Shown here: in pieces, positions 21,910 to 34,782 of the stretch
Layout of the letters: each line of letters begins with the position of its first letter
How positions within the stretch are numbered: position 1 is the first letter of the stretch
From: Anolis carolinensis
Taxonomy: Eukaryota
Reading direction: 5' to 3'
Assembly (NCBI RefSeq): GCF_035594765.1
Contig: NC_085841.1
Span: 68,309,574 to 68,373,573 of the forward strand
DNA length: 64,000 nucleotides
Notes under the pieces: model-generated
The model's input: the letters and a program-made list of their open reading frames with translations, nothing else
Told to the model about the DNA's origin: nothing
Databases searched by the model: none
Translations under genes and position numbers: made by a program

Positions 21910-23965
21910 CTCTTACTAGAAATCTTTTTTCATGAAACTATAGATGATAGTTCAGGAAGCCAAATATTATCCAACAACACCCTGCAGAACCTGCTGTTCA
22001 TTTTTGTATACTTCTCTCTATTCCTGGGACATGTCCTTCAACAGAAAAAAGTGATGAAATAATCTGTTCTTAGGGTCCTTCAGCTTCCTACCTGCAAAGC
22101 TGAAGAGCATTGGAGGGTCTATGAGTACCTTTTATTCCTACATGGATCAAAAGGAAGGAGTAACAAGTGGTGGATTGGATACATCTTGTTATCCTCTATG
22201 TTATATTATACATCTTTGCTCCTAGAAGATGGCCCACTTTTTAGTGCATGTTGTTAGACTTGCAACCACTCCTATGTTCCTGTTGTCCAAAAGTGCAAAT
22301 AGTTTATATTTGCTGAAAGTACAGCTTCTCTCATCATAAGCCAAAACCACAAACATAGCACAGCTATTAGCTGCATGTCACTGCAACAGCTCCCTCACCG
22401 TTCATGTTCACTTACCCTAGACAGAGAATGTTAGAAAATCCCATGCCTCCTCCCAAAATGCCCATAAAAATATTTGTTGTCTATATCCTGTTAACCCAGA
22501 ACCTATTTTTATTACTTCACAATGTTTTGTGTAATGGCACAAAGAAAGGATGTAATCAAGATTATATCTCTAGTTCTGTAAATTCTTGATATTTTCCACC
22601 ATTTGCAGCAAATAAAATGACATTGTTGAGTCATTTCAATCTGTATCTATTACAGACAGGTATCCACTTCAAAGATAGTCAGTCTATAAGCTTCTCTTAT
22701 AGACTGATATAAATTGGAAACGAAAGGAAACACTGGGCAGAAGAGTTCAGTTGAAATGATGAAATGAATAGCATGATCTTGAAGGGAGAACGACATACAA
22801 AGGGAAAGTATTCCCAAAGCAGCAGGCAGCAAGGGAGGGAGGAAGAAGTTGTCTGCTATCATTCCAGGACCCCTGGTAAGTGATCCATTCACTGTCTTTT
22901 GTTGTAGGTCTTGAAAGCATCCAGTACTGTCATCTGTCTTCTAGGCTTGGAGTCTCCAGCTGAGGTATTACTTCTTTGCTGCCCAAGTCAGGGTTTTTTT
23001 ATGATCTACAAACACTCTACGGGAATATCATTACAAATCCAGTGCTGAAAGAGACTCTGCATCTTAAGTGTGCCTTCCACAGCCACCTCTGAATATTCTG
23101 CCAGGAGAGATTTAGAACATTGTCTCTATAAATGCTTTCAAGTCCAGACTAAAAGCAATATTCTTTAATTCATTCTTTGACCCAACAGTGGCTTTATCTT
23201 AGGTTATCACTTGTTAAGCACTCTGTCATGTTTTAAACATGAAGGCAACGGCTGTGTATATACATGCCACGTACTGTATTTTGCTTGTATAGCTTTGACA
23301 ATAGCAATTCATAAGCATCAAAGCAATTTTACCTTTTATGCCTACAAATTATATATTAGCCAAGTTCCATTCACAAGGGATGCAGTCTATTTTAGAAAGG
23401 AAAAATAATATATATTTTTCTTATTAGATTCAGACTGCTTAGCTGTACATCACTAATCATTTCATATTAATTAATTTTTTATTTATAATGCTCTTTCCAG
23501 ACATTCAGAATAGGTAACAAGGTCTTCAGTAAAAAAAGTCTCTCAACTCTAAGTGAAACCTCTAGACTGGACCATATTCATAATGTCAGATCTGACCAAA
23601 GGCATATCTAATCTGACATGCTATTTCTGACGGTGTTCAAACAGATACTCCTGGCAAGCCCACAAGCTGGACATGAGTGCAAAAGCACCCTGCCGCTTGC
23701 ATTCCTTAGCAAGAGATATGCAAAGGCATAGTGTCCCTTACACTGGAATTACTATATTGGAATGGTCATTGGTCATCATGCTAGTTCTTTCCTCAGATAA
23801 TTTGTCTAAACCCCCTTGGAAGCCCTCCACCAGATCTTCATCCGTGCATTTTGGAATAGCATCACACATAACTACACACCTTGTGAAGTCCCAGATATCT
23901 ATATTGACTATCTCAGGTACAATTTCTCATTCTGAGGAGTTTTTGCAATCTGGGATCCATAACAG

Positions 23966-24249
23966 AAGCTGAATATCTCTTATCTGAAATGCTTAGAACC
24001 AGAAATGTTTGATATTTTGATATTTTCAGGCTTAATGTAATTATGAGATATCTCAGAGATGAAACCCTAGTCTAAAGATGAAAGTTTCCTATGCACCTGG
24101 TGAATTTGTTGTATAATTTTGAAGCAAAATTTGTGCACATTGAAGCATGAGAAAGCAAAAGTGAAACTATTGCAGGCACCCATGTGCACAATTTTGAATG
24201 TTAGAATATTATGGATTTTGGAATTCTGGATAAGTGATGCTCAACCTGT
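23966..24249. mobile_element. old Tigger/pogo-like MITE
   Basis: gctgaatatctcttatctgaaat ... attctggataagtgatgctcaacctg inverted termini. Confidence 0.65.
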
Positions 24250-25347
24250 TCCAAGTACAGGGAGGGGTTGTAAGAGAGACTTTATAGCTGAACAGTGCAA
24301 AAAGGGGAGGGGAGGAAGAAGACAAGGGCAACTTATCCCTTATATTTTTGTGAGCAGTTATTAAAATGCCCTACTCCATAGTGGAGGGTACAGTTAATAA
24401 ACCTGCAGAGTTTCAGAAGGAAACACATTTTATTTGGTTTATATATTATTGTTGGTGTAATGAGTCTTCAAATGGGGATAAGGTGATTTATTTACATGTA
24501 TTCTTCCCCATGGGGAAATGTGTACAAAAATACACATGCACAGTAATGTGCAGAGCTTTGAGAAGGTGATTTGTGTGTTGCTCTAGTAAAAACAAATGAA
24601 ACAGAGAAGTGAAATAGGCCTTTGCACATCCATGGTTTCCTTACAATTAGCCCCTGACAACCCTAACTTCATTCTGACAAGCTAGAATGGAATGATAACA
24701 CCCTTCAGCCCTTTAGTCATCTGATAGCAACAACAAAAAGTGTAGCAGGTGTTGCCATCACAATTCCACTATGCAGAATGACTTGTCTTCTCAGTATTTA
24801 GGTAACTGCCTTCCAGAAACACCTCCTGCCAATTTCCCTGTAGCATAAAGTGCCAAGAGCACAATATTCCTTTCACAAGCAGTAGCAAATCTCTGGGGTC
24901 TTCTCTACTATTACAAGCCATTTATATGCCTAGGAAGAGAATGGGATTGCTATGAACTTTAGGCTCCTCAGAGCAATATGAGAAGTCTCCTTTGTTAGCC
25001 TTCATCCTTGCTACAAAAAAAGAACATATCAAGTATGTTCAGGAGAAAGAAATATGAAGAACACCTGTCTGTTATTAAGCATGGTTAGTCATTAGAGCTG
25101 ATGTTGTTCAGTGACAGGCAATGTTTTTAAAAGCCAGTGGGTTGAATTCAGATAAATGGAACAGATTAATTGATATAAAATACCTCTACTTGCTTTTGAG
25201 TAACTATATACTATAGACCACCCCATTCAGTGAGGACCCTTATCTCCACTGTGTAGCATTTTCATGATATTAAAAAGACTGATACAGGTGGATGTGTGAA
25301 GCTTCCATTTGCTCAGATGCATGCATCTACATAGAAAGTAATATGTA

Positions 25348-25671
25348 CAGTAGAGTCTCACTTATCCAACATTCGCTTATCCAACGTTCTGGATTATCCA
25401 ACGCGTTTTTGTAGTCAATGTTTTCAATACATCGTGATATTTTGGTGCTAAATTCGTAAATACAGTAATTACTACATTGCATTACTGCATATTGAACTAC
25501 TTTTTCTGTCAAATTTGTTGTATCACATGATGTTTTTGGTGCTTAGTTTGTAAAATCATAACCTAATTTGATGTTTAATAGGCCTCTCCTTAATCTCTCC
25601 TTATTATCCAACATATTTGCTTATCCAACGTTCTGCCGGCCCGTTTATGTTGGATAAGTGAGACTCTACTG
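25348..25671 (+). mobile_element. Tigger/pogo-like MITE
   Basis: Perfect 23-bp TIRs cagtagagtctcacttatccaac / gttggataagtgagactctactg; TA TSD; second copy at 32342-32649. Confidence 0.95.
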
Positions 25672-26042
25672 TATATTGATATAGATACTACTACTGTTAC
25701 TGCAAATAGTTTAGTATCTGTGCTCCAAAAATGGGCTAGGGATTGGTAGTTTGGCTTATTGCAAATTAATTCTGATGAAACCTGATACTACAAGTTATAG
25801 ATCCATAACTGTTCTGTAGTCTATTACATCACATATACAATTTTGTGATACTATTACCACAAATGTAAATGCCCCCACACCTACCTTAAAAACCAGTGGC
25901 CATATTTGAGCAATGGAGATACATTCAGCTGATGACTAGATTTGTTGGGGCATTTTAATGGTGCTTTTCTTGCATGTCAGGATGTACTAATGTACAAACA
26001 GGATACATAGATCCACTTTCCTTGTACTTGCAAACAGAGACA

Positions 26043-26523
26043 GGCCGGGCTGTGGTGCAGGCTGGTTAGTAGCCAGCTGCAATTAATCACTCTGACCAAG
26101 AGGTCATGAGTTCGAGGCCAGCCCGTGTCGGGGTGAGCACCCGACAATTAAAATAAAAATAGCCCCTGCTCGTTGCTGACCTAAGCAACCCGAAAGATAG
26201 TTCCACCTATCAAGTAGGAAATTTAGGTACCACTTATATGTGGGGAGGCTAATTTACAACACCATAAAAAAATCATTCAGCCACCGTTGGAATGAGAAAG
26301 TTGCCGCCGCAGTGGATAATGAAGCAGCTGCTCCCCCTGTGGCCAGAATCAAGCATACCCTCAGGAAGCTGGAAGCTGGAGAAGGTTTAAATTGCCTCTG
26401 CGTCTGTCTCTGTTCTATGTTTATATGGCATTGAATGTTTGCCTTATATGTGTACAATGTGATCTGCCCTGAGTCCCCTTCGGGGTGAGAAGGGAGGAAT
26501 ATAAATACTGTAAATAAATAAAT
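26043..26523 (+). mobile_element. Anolis L2-tailed SINE, long variant containing a Sauria-SINE-like core
   Basis: Same head and tail as 21687-21909; middle ggggtgagcac...agcccctgctc...caagtaggaaatttaggtaccac resembles the Sauria core at 7042-7126. Confidence 0.88.
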
Positions 26524-26890
26524 CAAATAGTCACATGCAACATAGGCAGATATTCATGCCGAGTCACATAGGAAAGAGAAAGATGGATTTTTCATTCTCC
26601 ATATATAGCCACCTGCTGATAGGTCATCAGTAAGGGACACTGGCTGATGCAACTCCTTTAGAATAAACCTCACATGGTTATGACTCAGCCATCACAACAT
26701 TCCCTTAGGTGACATTCATCATGACATTCATAGTCACTACCCAGGCACTTTCAATCAACCACATGTTCATCAAACAGTATTTTTTCCATGAGTAGGAATG
26801 CTTTTCCATTTCTATCTAACAGAATATTGCTGATAGTCTTTCTTTATACCTGGTCGTTTTCCAAAATTGGGACTCAAAGGTAGCTTAGAA

Positions 26891-27300
26891 CAGTGGTTCT
26901 CAAAGTGAGCCCCTGGGGCTCGCGCAAGCATACTGGGGGTTCCACACTTCCCTCCTCTCTCCCCCTCCTCCTCTCCCTCCAAGCTTTCTCTCCTCTTTCT
27001 TGTTCCTTCTCCTCCCTCTGCCTCACTTGCCACCAAAAGCCTTTTTTCCTTGTCTCCCTTGCTACCAAAAGCCTTTTTTCCTCCCCTCCAGTGCTGCGAA
27101 AAAGCCTTATTGCATGGCAGAAGGGGGTTGGACTGTATCACCCCTGAAGTTACTCCTATTACTCCTATTACTCCTACTCCTACTACTACTACTACTACTA
27201 CTACTACTATCACAAAGACTAGATGGCCATTCGTGGAAGTGCTTTGATTTTGCTTTACCTGCATGGCAGAATGGGGTTGGACTGGATGGCCCTGGGGTCT
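26891..27300 (+). mobile_element. hAT left end followed by two CR1-tail-like segments and a (TAC)n microsatellite
   Basis: cagtggttctcaaagt start; tgcatggcagaa(g/t)ggggttggactg twice (~27111, ~27260); (tac)n 27160-27210; right end not found. Confidence 0.55.
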
Positions 27301-27304
27301 TGTA

Positions 27305-27430
27305 AATAATAACAAAACTTTATTTATATTCCACCCTATCTCCCCAGGGGGATTCAGGGTGGATTGCAACATACAAAAAAAGCAAACATTCAATGCCTTA
27401 ATAAAAACAAACATGTAGAGACAAAATAAT
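27305..27430 (-). mobile_element. L2 or L2-tailed SINE 3' fragment
   Basis: tttatttatattccaccctatctcccc...attcagggtggattgca...gcaaacattcaatgcc. Confidence 0.7.
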
Positions 27431-28240
27431 CCAGAATAACTCCACATGTAAATGTAAAATTAAAACCTAACATGAATAAATTAAACAAAATGTAAGCAAA
27501 TAAAACTGTATAACAACATGAAACCTAAGCATGAGACATCAATTTTGATTTACAGGAGCCAACCAAAGTTCGTAAAGTCATGTGGGTTGATTGTGTGGCC
27601 AGTGATGACCGTTGGGTCAACATGGATTAGCAAGGCCCAAATAGAATAGTTGAGAGAAGAGCTGTACGTTGCAGCCTAACCAGGTTTTGGGCTTATGGAT
27701 ATTGCAGCCCATCAACAGTACAATTTTATAGAATGTACCATTATACAGACAAGCATTTTCTAATGTGACCACTCATAAAATAGAAAAACAAGCAATGAGT
27801 ATTTCTTAGAAATATCATTACAAATGTCAAATCCAGGCAACACTGGATGACTATACTATGGGGTGAGGGATTATTCTCCAGTGTTAACTTCATAACATGA
27901 TGGTTCTAAGATTGCAGTCCAATGCATATCTACTTGACAGTGAGTCTTCAAATTCCTTAGGAAATGAAATGTTTTAAAATTTGATTTAAAAATAAATAAA
28001 TAAACTGCTTTAGAGCCTTTTAAATCTTCTGTCTTTATTTGTTTTTTTACTTTGCTACCAATTTAATTCTATTTTAAGACAGAATTGCTGTAATTTCTTA
28101 ATGATTCCGTAATCATTTTAATTTCTCTGCCATTGTTTTCAAACTTTTTAAGCTGCAGAGCCCTTTTTGAAGCAAAAGTTTCTTGTGGAGTCCCAAGAAA
28201 GTTTATATATTATACTATATATTATATATCATGTTTATAT

Positions 28241-28451
28241 CAGGCATGTGCAAACTTTTTGACAGACTGGCAGGGCCAGTGGCAGATGGATGGAGAGTGT
28301 TTGTGTTAACTGGGAAAAAAATGAACCAATTCCTGCGCACAGTGAACATATCCTGCTTGTAGTGGCAAAAAAAGGGAAAAAAATAACAGTACAATGTTTA
28401 AAATGAAGAACAATTTTAACCAGTATAAACTCAACAGTATTTCAGTGGAAG
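28241..28451 (+). mobile_element. hAT Charlie-group 5' fragment (OposCharlie1/OC1-like)
   Basis: caggcatgtgcaaacttttt start; atgaaccaattcctgcgcacagtgaacatatc resembles the recalled OC1-type subterminal sequence. Confidence 0.5.
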
Positions 28452-28659
28452 ACACATACAATGTCTTCTTTGCTCATTAGCTTCCAGAGAAGAGGAGGAT
28501 TAGATAACAAGAGATCAGTACCAGACCTCTGGTTGAGAACTATATAAATATAGTTCTGATGGCTCAGCCTTGTTGCTGGGGGATAACTTCAAGAGTTGTG
28601 CAATTCAGCCAAAAGGCATGCCATTTATGGTCCATTAACAGCTCGCCCCTCATTCTGTA

Positions 28660-29298
28660 TACTGGGAAGTTACTCAAATAGGGAGGGGTTTTGCCGTTTT
28701 AACCCGGCAAAGATTCATTGGCTACAATGAGAAACTTTAAAGGCTCAATCCTCAGCCATTTTAAGGTCTATCTGCATGAAACCTACCTCATTTTTGAACC
28801 CAAATCTACTAATTCTTTAGAATTATTTTAAGTGTTAACCATAACATTTTTTTAAATAAGACAAACCGCAAGAGAGGATTCTGGGAATTGTAGTTGCCGG
28901 TTGTGTCCATTCTTAGCCAATCAGAGCATGGACACCATTAGGCTTTTTATTGAGAAAACTTCAGCTCCAATCATGCTCCTAAAGGAAGCATGATACCTGC
29001 CTTATGCAAGTGCTGCTGGGAAAGCTAATTCCCAGGACCCTCTCTGGAGGAGGAGGGAACTTTCCAAGAAAAAAATGGATAGAGGCTGCTTCTGTTGGGG
29101 AACAAGGCAGATCCCTGCCTCAGGTATATTGCAGACTTAACTCTTTCCTCTCCAGAACCAATAAAATCTGGCTCTTTTAATCCATTATGCTGAGCTTTTT
29201 GTCTCCCTCCTCCCCATTCAATTTTTGGATATTTTATAAAAACGGCCCACTGAAAACTCCAAATCTTTTTTGTTCAAACTGATTTGGACCCAACCCTA
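28660..29298. mobile_element. truncated hAT-like element with ...caacccta terminus
   Basis: Ends gatttggacccaacccta; internal cagccattttaaggtctatc...atgaaac motif similar to ~33995 and ~57860. Confidence 0.4.
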
Positions 29299-29344
29299 AC
29301 AACTTCTATCATTCCCAACCTGTTTAGCAAAGGAGTAAGATAAT

Positions 29345-29680
29345 GATGTTGGGAAATGTAGGCTATCAAGTATGTTAACATGTCTGATCAGTTTGGAACT
29401 CCCATTACCCTTTATTGCCCCAGGATTTTAAGTAGGATCATGAAGGGTATGCATTGCATACCAAGTTTAGTCCAGATCTATCACAGGTGGGATTCACACA
29501 GCTCTCTGGATGTTGCTGGACTACAGCTCCCATCATCCTCTATCCGTTTCTCTCCCCCCAAAAACCCCCCGCAACCCTCCAATATTCTAAGTTGGATCAT
29601 GATCGACATGTATACCAAGTTTGGTTCAGATTTATCAAACGTACTTTCACACACAGACGCAAACACACACATACACACTA
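29345..29680 (+). mobile_element. Helitron-like non-autonomous fragment
   Basis: Repeated taccaagttt(a/g)gt(c/t)cagat(c/t)tatca (~29459, ~29613) followed by an acac-rich 3' region. Confidence 0.45.
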
Positions 29681-30139
29681 CTTCTACTACTCCTACTTTC
29701 ATTCCTTGCTTATTTATTGGAAACAGTCATATCTCTCCTTTCCTCAACAGAGCTCAAGGTGGCTAGCAAATATAATTAAAGAATTATAAAATAATAAAGA
29801 TAAAAAGCTACAGAATTAGAATTAAAACAAAAGAACAGAGAGGTGAACAGTACAAATACCTATTTAAGAAGCATTTAATTAGACTGCTTTATAAACTTAA
29901 AAACAATTAAATGAGAGCAACCATTCATGACCCAAAGCCTGCCTGAAGAGGAAGGTTTAAAAAACTTTTTTGGAAATCCTTTATTTATTCATTTGATTTA
30001 TAAATCACTGATCCCCTATATTCCTTCTGTCATGTTGTTGCTTCTTCCCTTTTTGAATGGCTGGACAAGGAAATGGTAAGAGTGGCCACAGATGGCTGGT
30101 CCCCTGAGATACCATTGGCACTTTCCCATCTCTTCAGAA

Positions 30140-30243
30140 TGGTCCTTAATTTATATACAGGTCATATCAAAATCTTTCATTTTGGCCCCAGAATGCCCCC
30201 TTGACTTATACATGGGGTTGACTTATACATTAGTATATATGGT
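30140..30243. mobile_element. Tc2/pogo-like MITE right end
   Basis: ttgacttatacatggggttgacttatacattagtatatatggta terminal pattern. Confidence 0.6.
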
Positions 30244-30780
30244 ATTGATCATGAAAAGGCTATGTAAGGATATAGTTCTCTAAAGAGTGACCCCTTCATA
30301 AAGGCATTTTAGAGCTTGGCATAGCTTTCTCTCTGGTCCCAATTAAAATGTGTATGTAGTAAAGTTAAGACATATAAGATAAAGGAATTAATGCTAAAGA
30401 TATTGGGAAACCTTCTTAAATATGCCATTGTTGTCAGCCTGCTTATGAATGATGGTGAGTGGCATTTTGAGGGGTAGGTTGTTCAGGTGAACACTGTGTT
30501 TCCTCTGTACACCATAACTGCATAAATGCAGATTTGGGTACTCAAAACTGAAGTGACAACTTAAAAGGAACCTGAAGGGGAAACTCAGGAAGGAAGTCTC
30601 CTGGGAACTTCTCTTGTTCAAACTGTATTGAAATGAATAAAAACTGTGAATGGGGAATATCTGAAAAGAGAAATGTCAACATGTTTAATTCAAGCATTGT
30701 CAGGAGCAACGCATAGTCAGTTTGGAAACTTTAGGTGGTGAAACTCAGCAAGTGCAAGTTACAATATTAATGTTGATTAC

Positions 30781-30783
<3 letters not shown>

Positions 30784-30821
<38 letters not shown>

Positions 30822-30836
30822 AGGGAGAGGGAGAGG
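30784..30836 (+). repeat. (AG)n/(GAGGGA)n compound microsatellite
   Basis: read directly. Confidence 0.95.
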
Positions 30837-32341
30837 CAAAATCAGCTAGAAAGGCATTTTCCTCCTTCTTTCCTCCCTCTCTTCCTTTATGCTATTTTCA
30901 AAATGTTATCACATATAGATTGATGCTGTAGCATCTGCCAGTTGGGTCCCTCCAGGCACTACAGAAAATTGGTCTGCAGTTTCCCATTTCATTCCAACCA
31001 TACCAATTACTTGGGCAGTTCTTTTGAAGGCCCTTGGAATATTCAACAGAATTAGTTTCAAAAGAAGCCACAGTGCTGGTTCCCCACCAATCCCCTTTAG
31101 TGCATGTTCTTCAGGAATATTGTGAGAGCTAAGAACAATTGTGTAGCAAACTCTATGCATTTCACAAAAGTATTTCCCGAGAAGTCACTGTGTTACATTC
31201 TTTTGGGATGTCCACAGCTAATATGTTTGTGTTTGGAACATTTTTTAATAAGTGTTTCACATTGTTTTGACACAAGTAGTGAAGGAGCACTGATCTCCTT
31301 TGCAAGCTTGTAAGCTATTTTTCTTATATAGCCCCAAATTTTAATGCAGCATATGTTTAGGCCAAATTATTGCAGGCTATTTAATTCTGTCGACCAGGTG
31401 TGTGAGTTCAATGGAACAAATCAAAATGTCTTGCTTTTCCATTACAACAAAAGGACTGAGATTGGGGGGGGGGGGGGTTCTACCCTGTGCAAGTGGGCTA
31501 GAGAGGGACTGAATCAATTTTGATTTTGGATGTTACACAGAATTGCTTCTGCATTCATCTAGGTGTGATTCATTGTTATGTATGGCACAATTTACTGTGA
31601 ACGTCTCATCTGTAGCTAGCACCACTGTTAAATAATTAAGACCTTCAAGAGCATGGATTTGCATTCTGAAGTTCATTTATTCAGAGTGTCTGTAGTAGAA
31701 GTCTCTGAAGGATGCTGGGTAGGTTCCTCTTGGTGAGGAGGCAACATCAGTAGAACCTTTTTCATATTGCATCAAGAAGTATCTAAAGTAGCCTTATGCC
31801 TTTTACCAAGCTGGGCAACAGCAAACAGATGGCACCCAAGTTCAGCTCTACCTCCTAAGACCCTCTTTCCTATGTGGCCCCTTAAACTTTCATAATTGCC
31901 CTCTTCTGCTCCATAGCAGAGGATAAAGAATTCAAAACACAGGCAGACAATTTGCTATAAAACAATTTTTTGCAGATTTCATCAGTGTTCAGAAGTGTTC
32001 TTTTGTAAAAAAAAAACAAAAAAAAACTTCAAGGAATAGCTCGTAACAACATGCTGTTGTTGAAAAATCCATTCCCACTCCTGTTTTATGGGATTACAAC
32101 TAAACTCAGAGGGAATACTGAGTTTAGGGAAGATGGTATAGTAGTGCCTGCTACTGAAAAAATTCTATGATCTCTGGTTCCATTATCCCATTAGTCACCC
32201 CAGAAAGAAAGAGAGCAACTTCAGAAGTCAATATATCAGTCAGTGTTGTCACCACTCAGGTTGCTACAGTTAACATGCATTATTTCTAGTAAACATAGAT
32301 GAGAAATAATGTAATTTATATTTGATGGGAATGTAATAATA

Positions 32342-32649
32342 CAGTAGAGTCTCACTTATCCAACATTCTGGATTATCCAACGCATTTTTATAGTCAATGG
32401 TTTCAATACATTGTGATATTTTGGTGCTAAATTTGTAAATACAGTAATTACTACATAGCATTACTGCGGAATGAACTACTTTTTCTGATGAATTTGTTGC
32501 ATAACATGATGTTTTGGTGCTTAATTTGTAAAATCATAACCTAATTTGATGTTTAATAGGCTTTTCCTTAATCCCTCCTTATTATCCAACATATTTGCTT
32601 GTCCAAAATTCTGCTGGCCCGTTTAAGTTGGATAAATGAGACTCTACTG
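32342..32649 (+). mobile_element. Tigger/pogo-like MITE (copy of 25348-25671)
   Basis: TIRs cagtagagtctcacttatccaac / gttggataaatgagactctactg; TA TSD. Confidence 0.95.
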
Positions 32650-33048
32650 TATATGAGATTTTTTTCATAAATATGTATAAAATTGAGTTGTTTAAAATAA
32701 AAAATTGAAGAGAAAACAAACCAGATATATTTCTCAAATCCAACATAAAGCTATGACTTCTCAGCACTTTATTGTCCAATCTTAAGTACATATATACTCA
32801 ACCATGTTTGTGATAGCCAAATAAAGTAGCAATTTCTTAATTTTTTTCTGGGAATATTGTTATTTTAAATATAGCAAGCAGTTAAATTATTCTCTCCTAC
32901 CTGAAATAACTCTGTCGACTTGGTCAAAGAATTTGGGGGTTGAATTTGTTGCTTTCTTTTCTTTTTAACTATACAGTTGAATTGAGTTAACTAAGGAGAT
33001 GTTACATGATGGAAAACTGAATATATTATCCTTCCCATGCTGATAAGA

Positions 33049-33716
33049 ATGGCTGTAACCAGACAGTAGTGAGAGAACAATTAAAATTTTGATTTTTAAC
33101 TTTTAATTGTGTGATCGATCGATTTAGATGAAGTTTTCCCAAGATTTTCTACAGGAGCTGCTGAAAAATCTAGAACTACCAAATATGATGAAGATGATGT
33201 GAGAGAAGATCTGAGATGGGAGACAACTGGAAATACAATTTTACAGACAGAACTGCTGGGAGATGAAATGCAAATGGTATTGCTGAGAAAGCTAATTCTG
33301 AATGGATGGATATGGAAAATTTTATAGAAGATTAAACTAAAGTTTATTTAACAGAGGAATTGGCCTGTAAAATTGAGGAGAAAAGGACTGAACAAGTTCT
33401 GGATTGCAAAATGGAAATTACAGAGTAGGGTTGGGGAGTAGGTTAATCTGTACATAATATGCATGGAATTAGAAATATGAATGAACATACCCAAGGTGAT
33501 TTCATGAAAATATTAGCCTGTAAGATTGAGGAGAGGATTGAAAATTGAGGTGAGATAATAATAAAATTGAAACATATTTATGCCAGAATAATTAGTTTAA
33601 AACAGAACTAGAAGGTGATAGATATACGTAATAACAAGATATGAAACTGGGAACCTGGGGAGATCAGGGGAAAGGCAGTGGGAGGTCATGGTTACTATGA
33701 CTGTGTTGAAAGGTAA
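33049..33716 (+). pseudogene. decayed acidic ORF of unclassified, probably retroelement, origin
   Basis: MAVTRQ start; E/D/K-rich frames; LACKIEE repeated in frame 153 nt apart (33360, 33513); NWEPG at 33645-33659; several stops and at least one frameshift. Confidence 0.4.
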
Positions 33717-33959
33717 GAATTAAATCTGAAATGAAACTGAAGGAATAATGTTTCAGTGAAGTTTGTTTGTGAAACCTGATTACAGGATAATGACACTGAA
33801 AACCAGATGTGGATGTAGTTTTAAAAGGATTTTATAAAATGAAATTGGATAGAAATATTGGAGCTTAAAAATGAAATGAATATAGAGTTGGTTCATAATA
33901 TGTAGTAGATTTATAAAATTAGTATTACTTAAATTTAGTTATTTTTTTTTGAAGTACTT

Positions 33960-34747
33960 GTGCATGTGAGGGGGCTTCCAGGACTCTTTTCTCCCTCGTT
34001 TTAGAGCTGTTGGGGTGAAATTTACTACAATAGTAGAACATGTTTAACACCATTACGACCCCCCCCCCCCCAAAGGTTCAGACCGTTTCACTCATTTATT
34101 GATTTTTGGAGATATTTTTGTTTTTACCAAAAATCCTTTTTTAAAAAACAAACTACAAGAACTTTGTCTTGGAATTTCCCTACAATTACACAACATAACC
34201 AGGACATCATCCCCCCCCCCCAAGTTTCAGAAAGATTAGCACATCTCCTGATTTTTGGGGATTTCTTTAATTTTTTGTCTAGGAAAAATCTTTTTTAGCT
34301 GATGTGGCTAGCTGGAATGGGATGGGGTGATATTTCTTAAGCACTATATTAAGCAAGAACAAGGTCTCCCAAAACCCAGGGAATCTTTACAGTTTGTTCC
34401 CCCCCCCCAAAGGATTTGAACTCAGTGCTTTGACTTGTGGTTGAGATAAACAAGTGGTTGTGTTCTATTTTACTGAGTTATGCACACAGAGACAACTTGC
34501 CTTGGCAGCATTTTATAGCACTAGTGTGATCTCTGTGTGCACAATCCAGCAAAAAATGAACACAACCACCTGTTTAAATTAGGCACAAGTTGGCTTAGCT
34601 GCATTTTGTATCACTAGTGGGATCTCTGTGCACGTAATCCAGCAAAAAGGAACACAGCCTGTTGTTTAACTCTGATACAAATTACTGTAGCTGCTTTTTC
34701 TAGAGCTAATGTGGCATGTCCCACCAGAGGAGGAGGAGGAAGAGGAG

Positions 34748-34782
<35 letters not shown>

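Noticed and set aside
26812-27447. 211-aa and overlapping ORFs with poly-V, poly-T or poly-L
   Set aside because: Products of the (TAC)n microsatellite and pyrimidine tracts within TE debris
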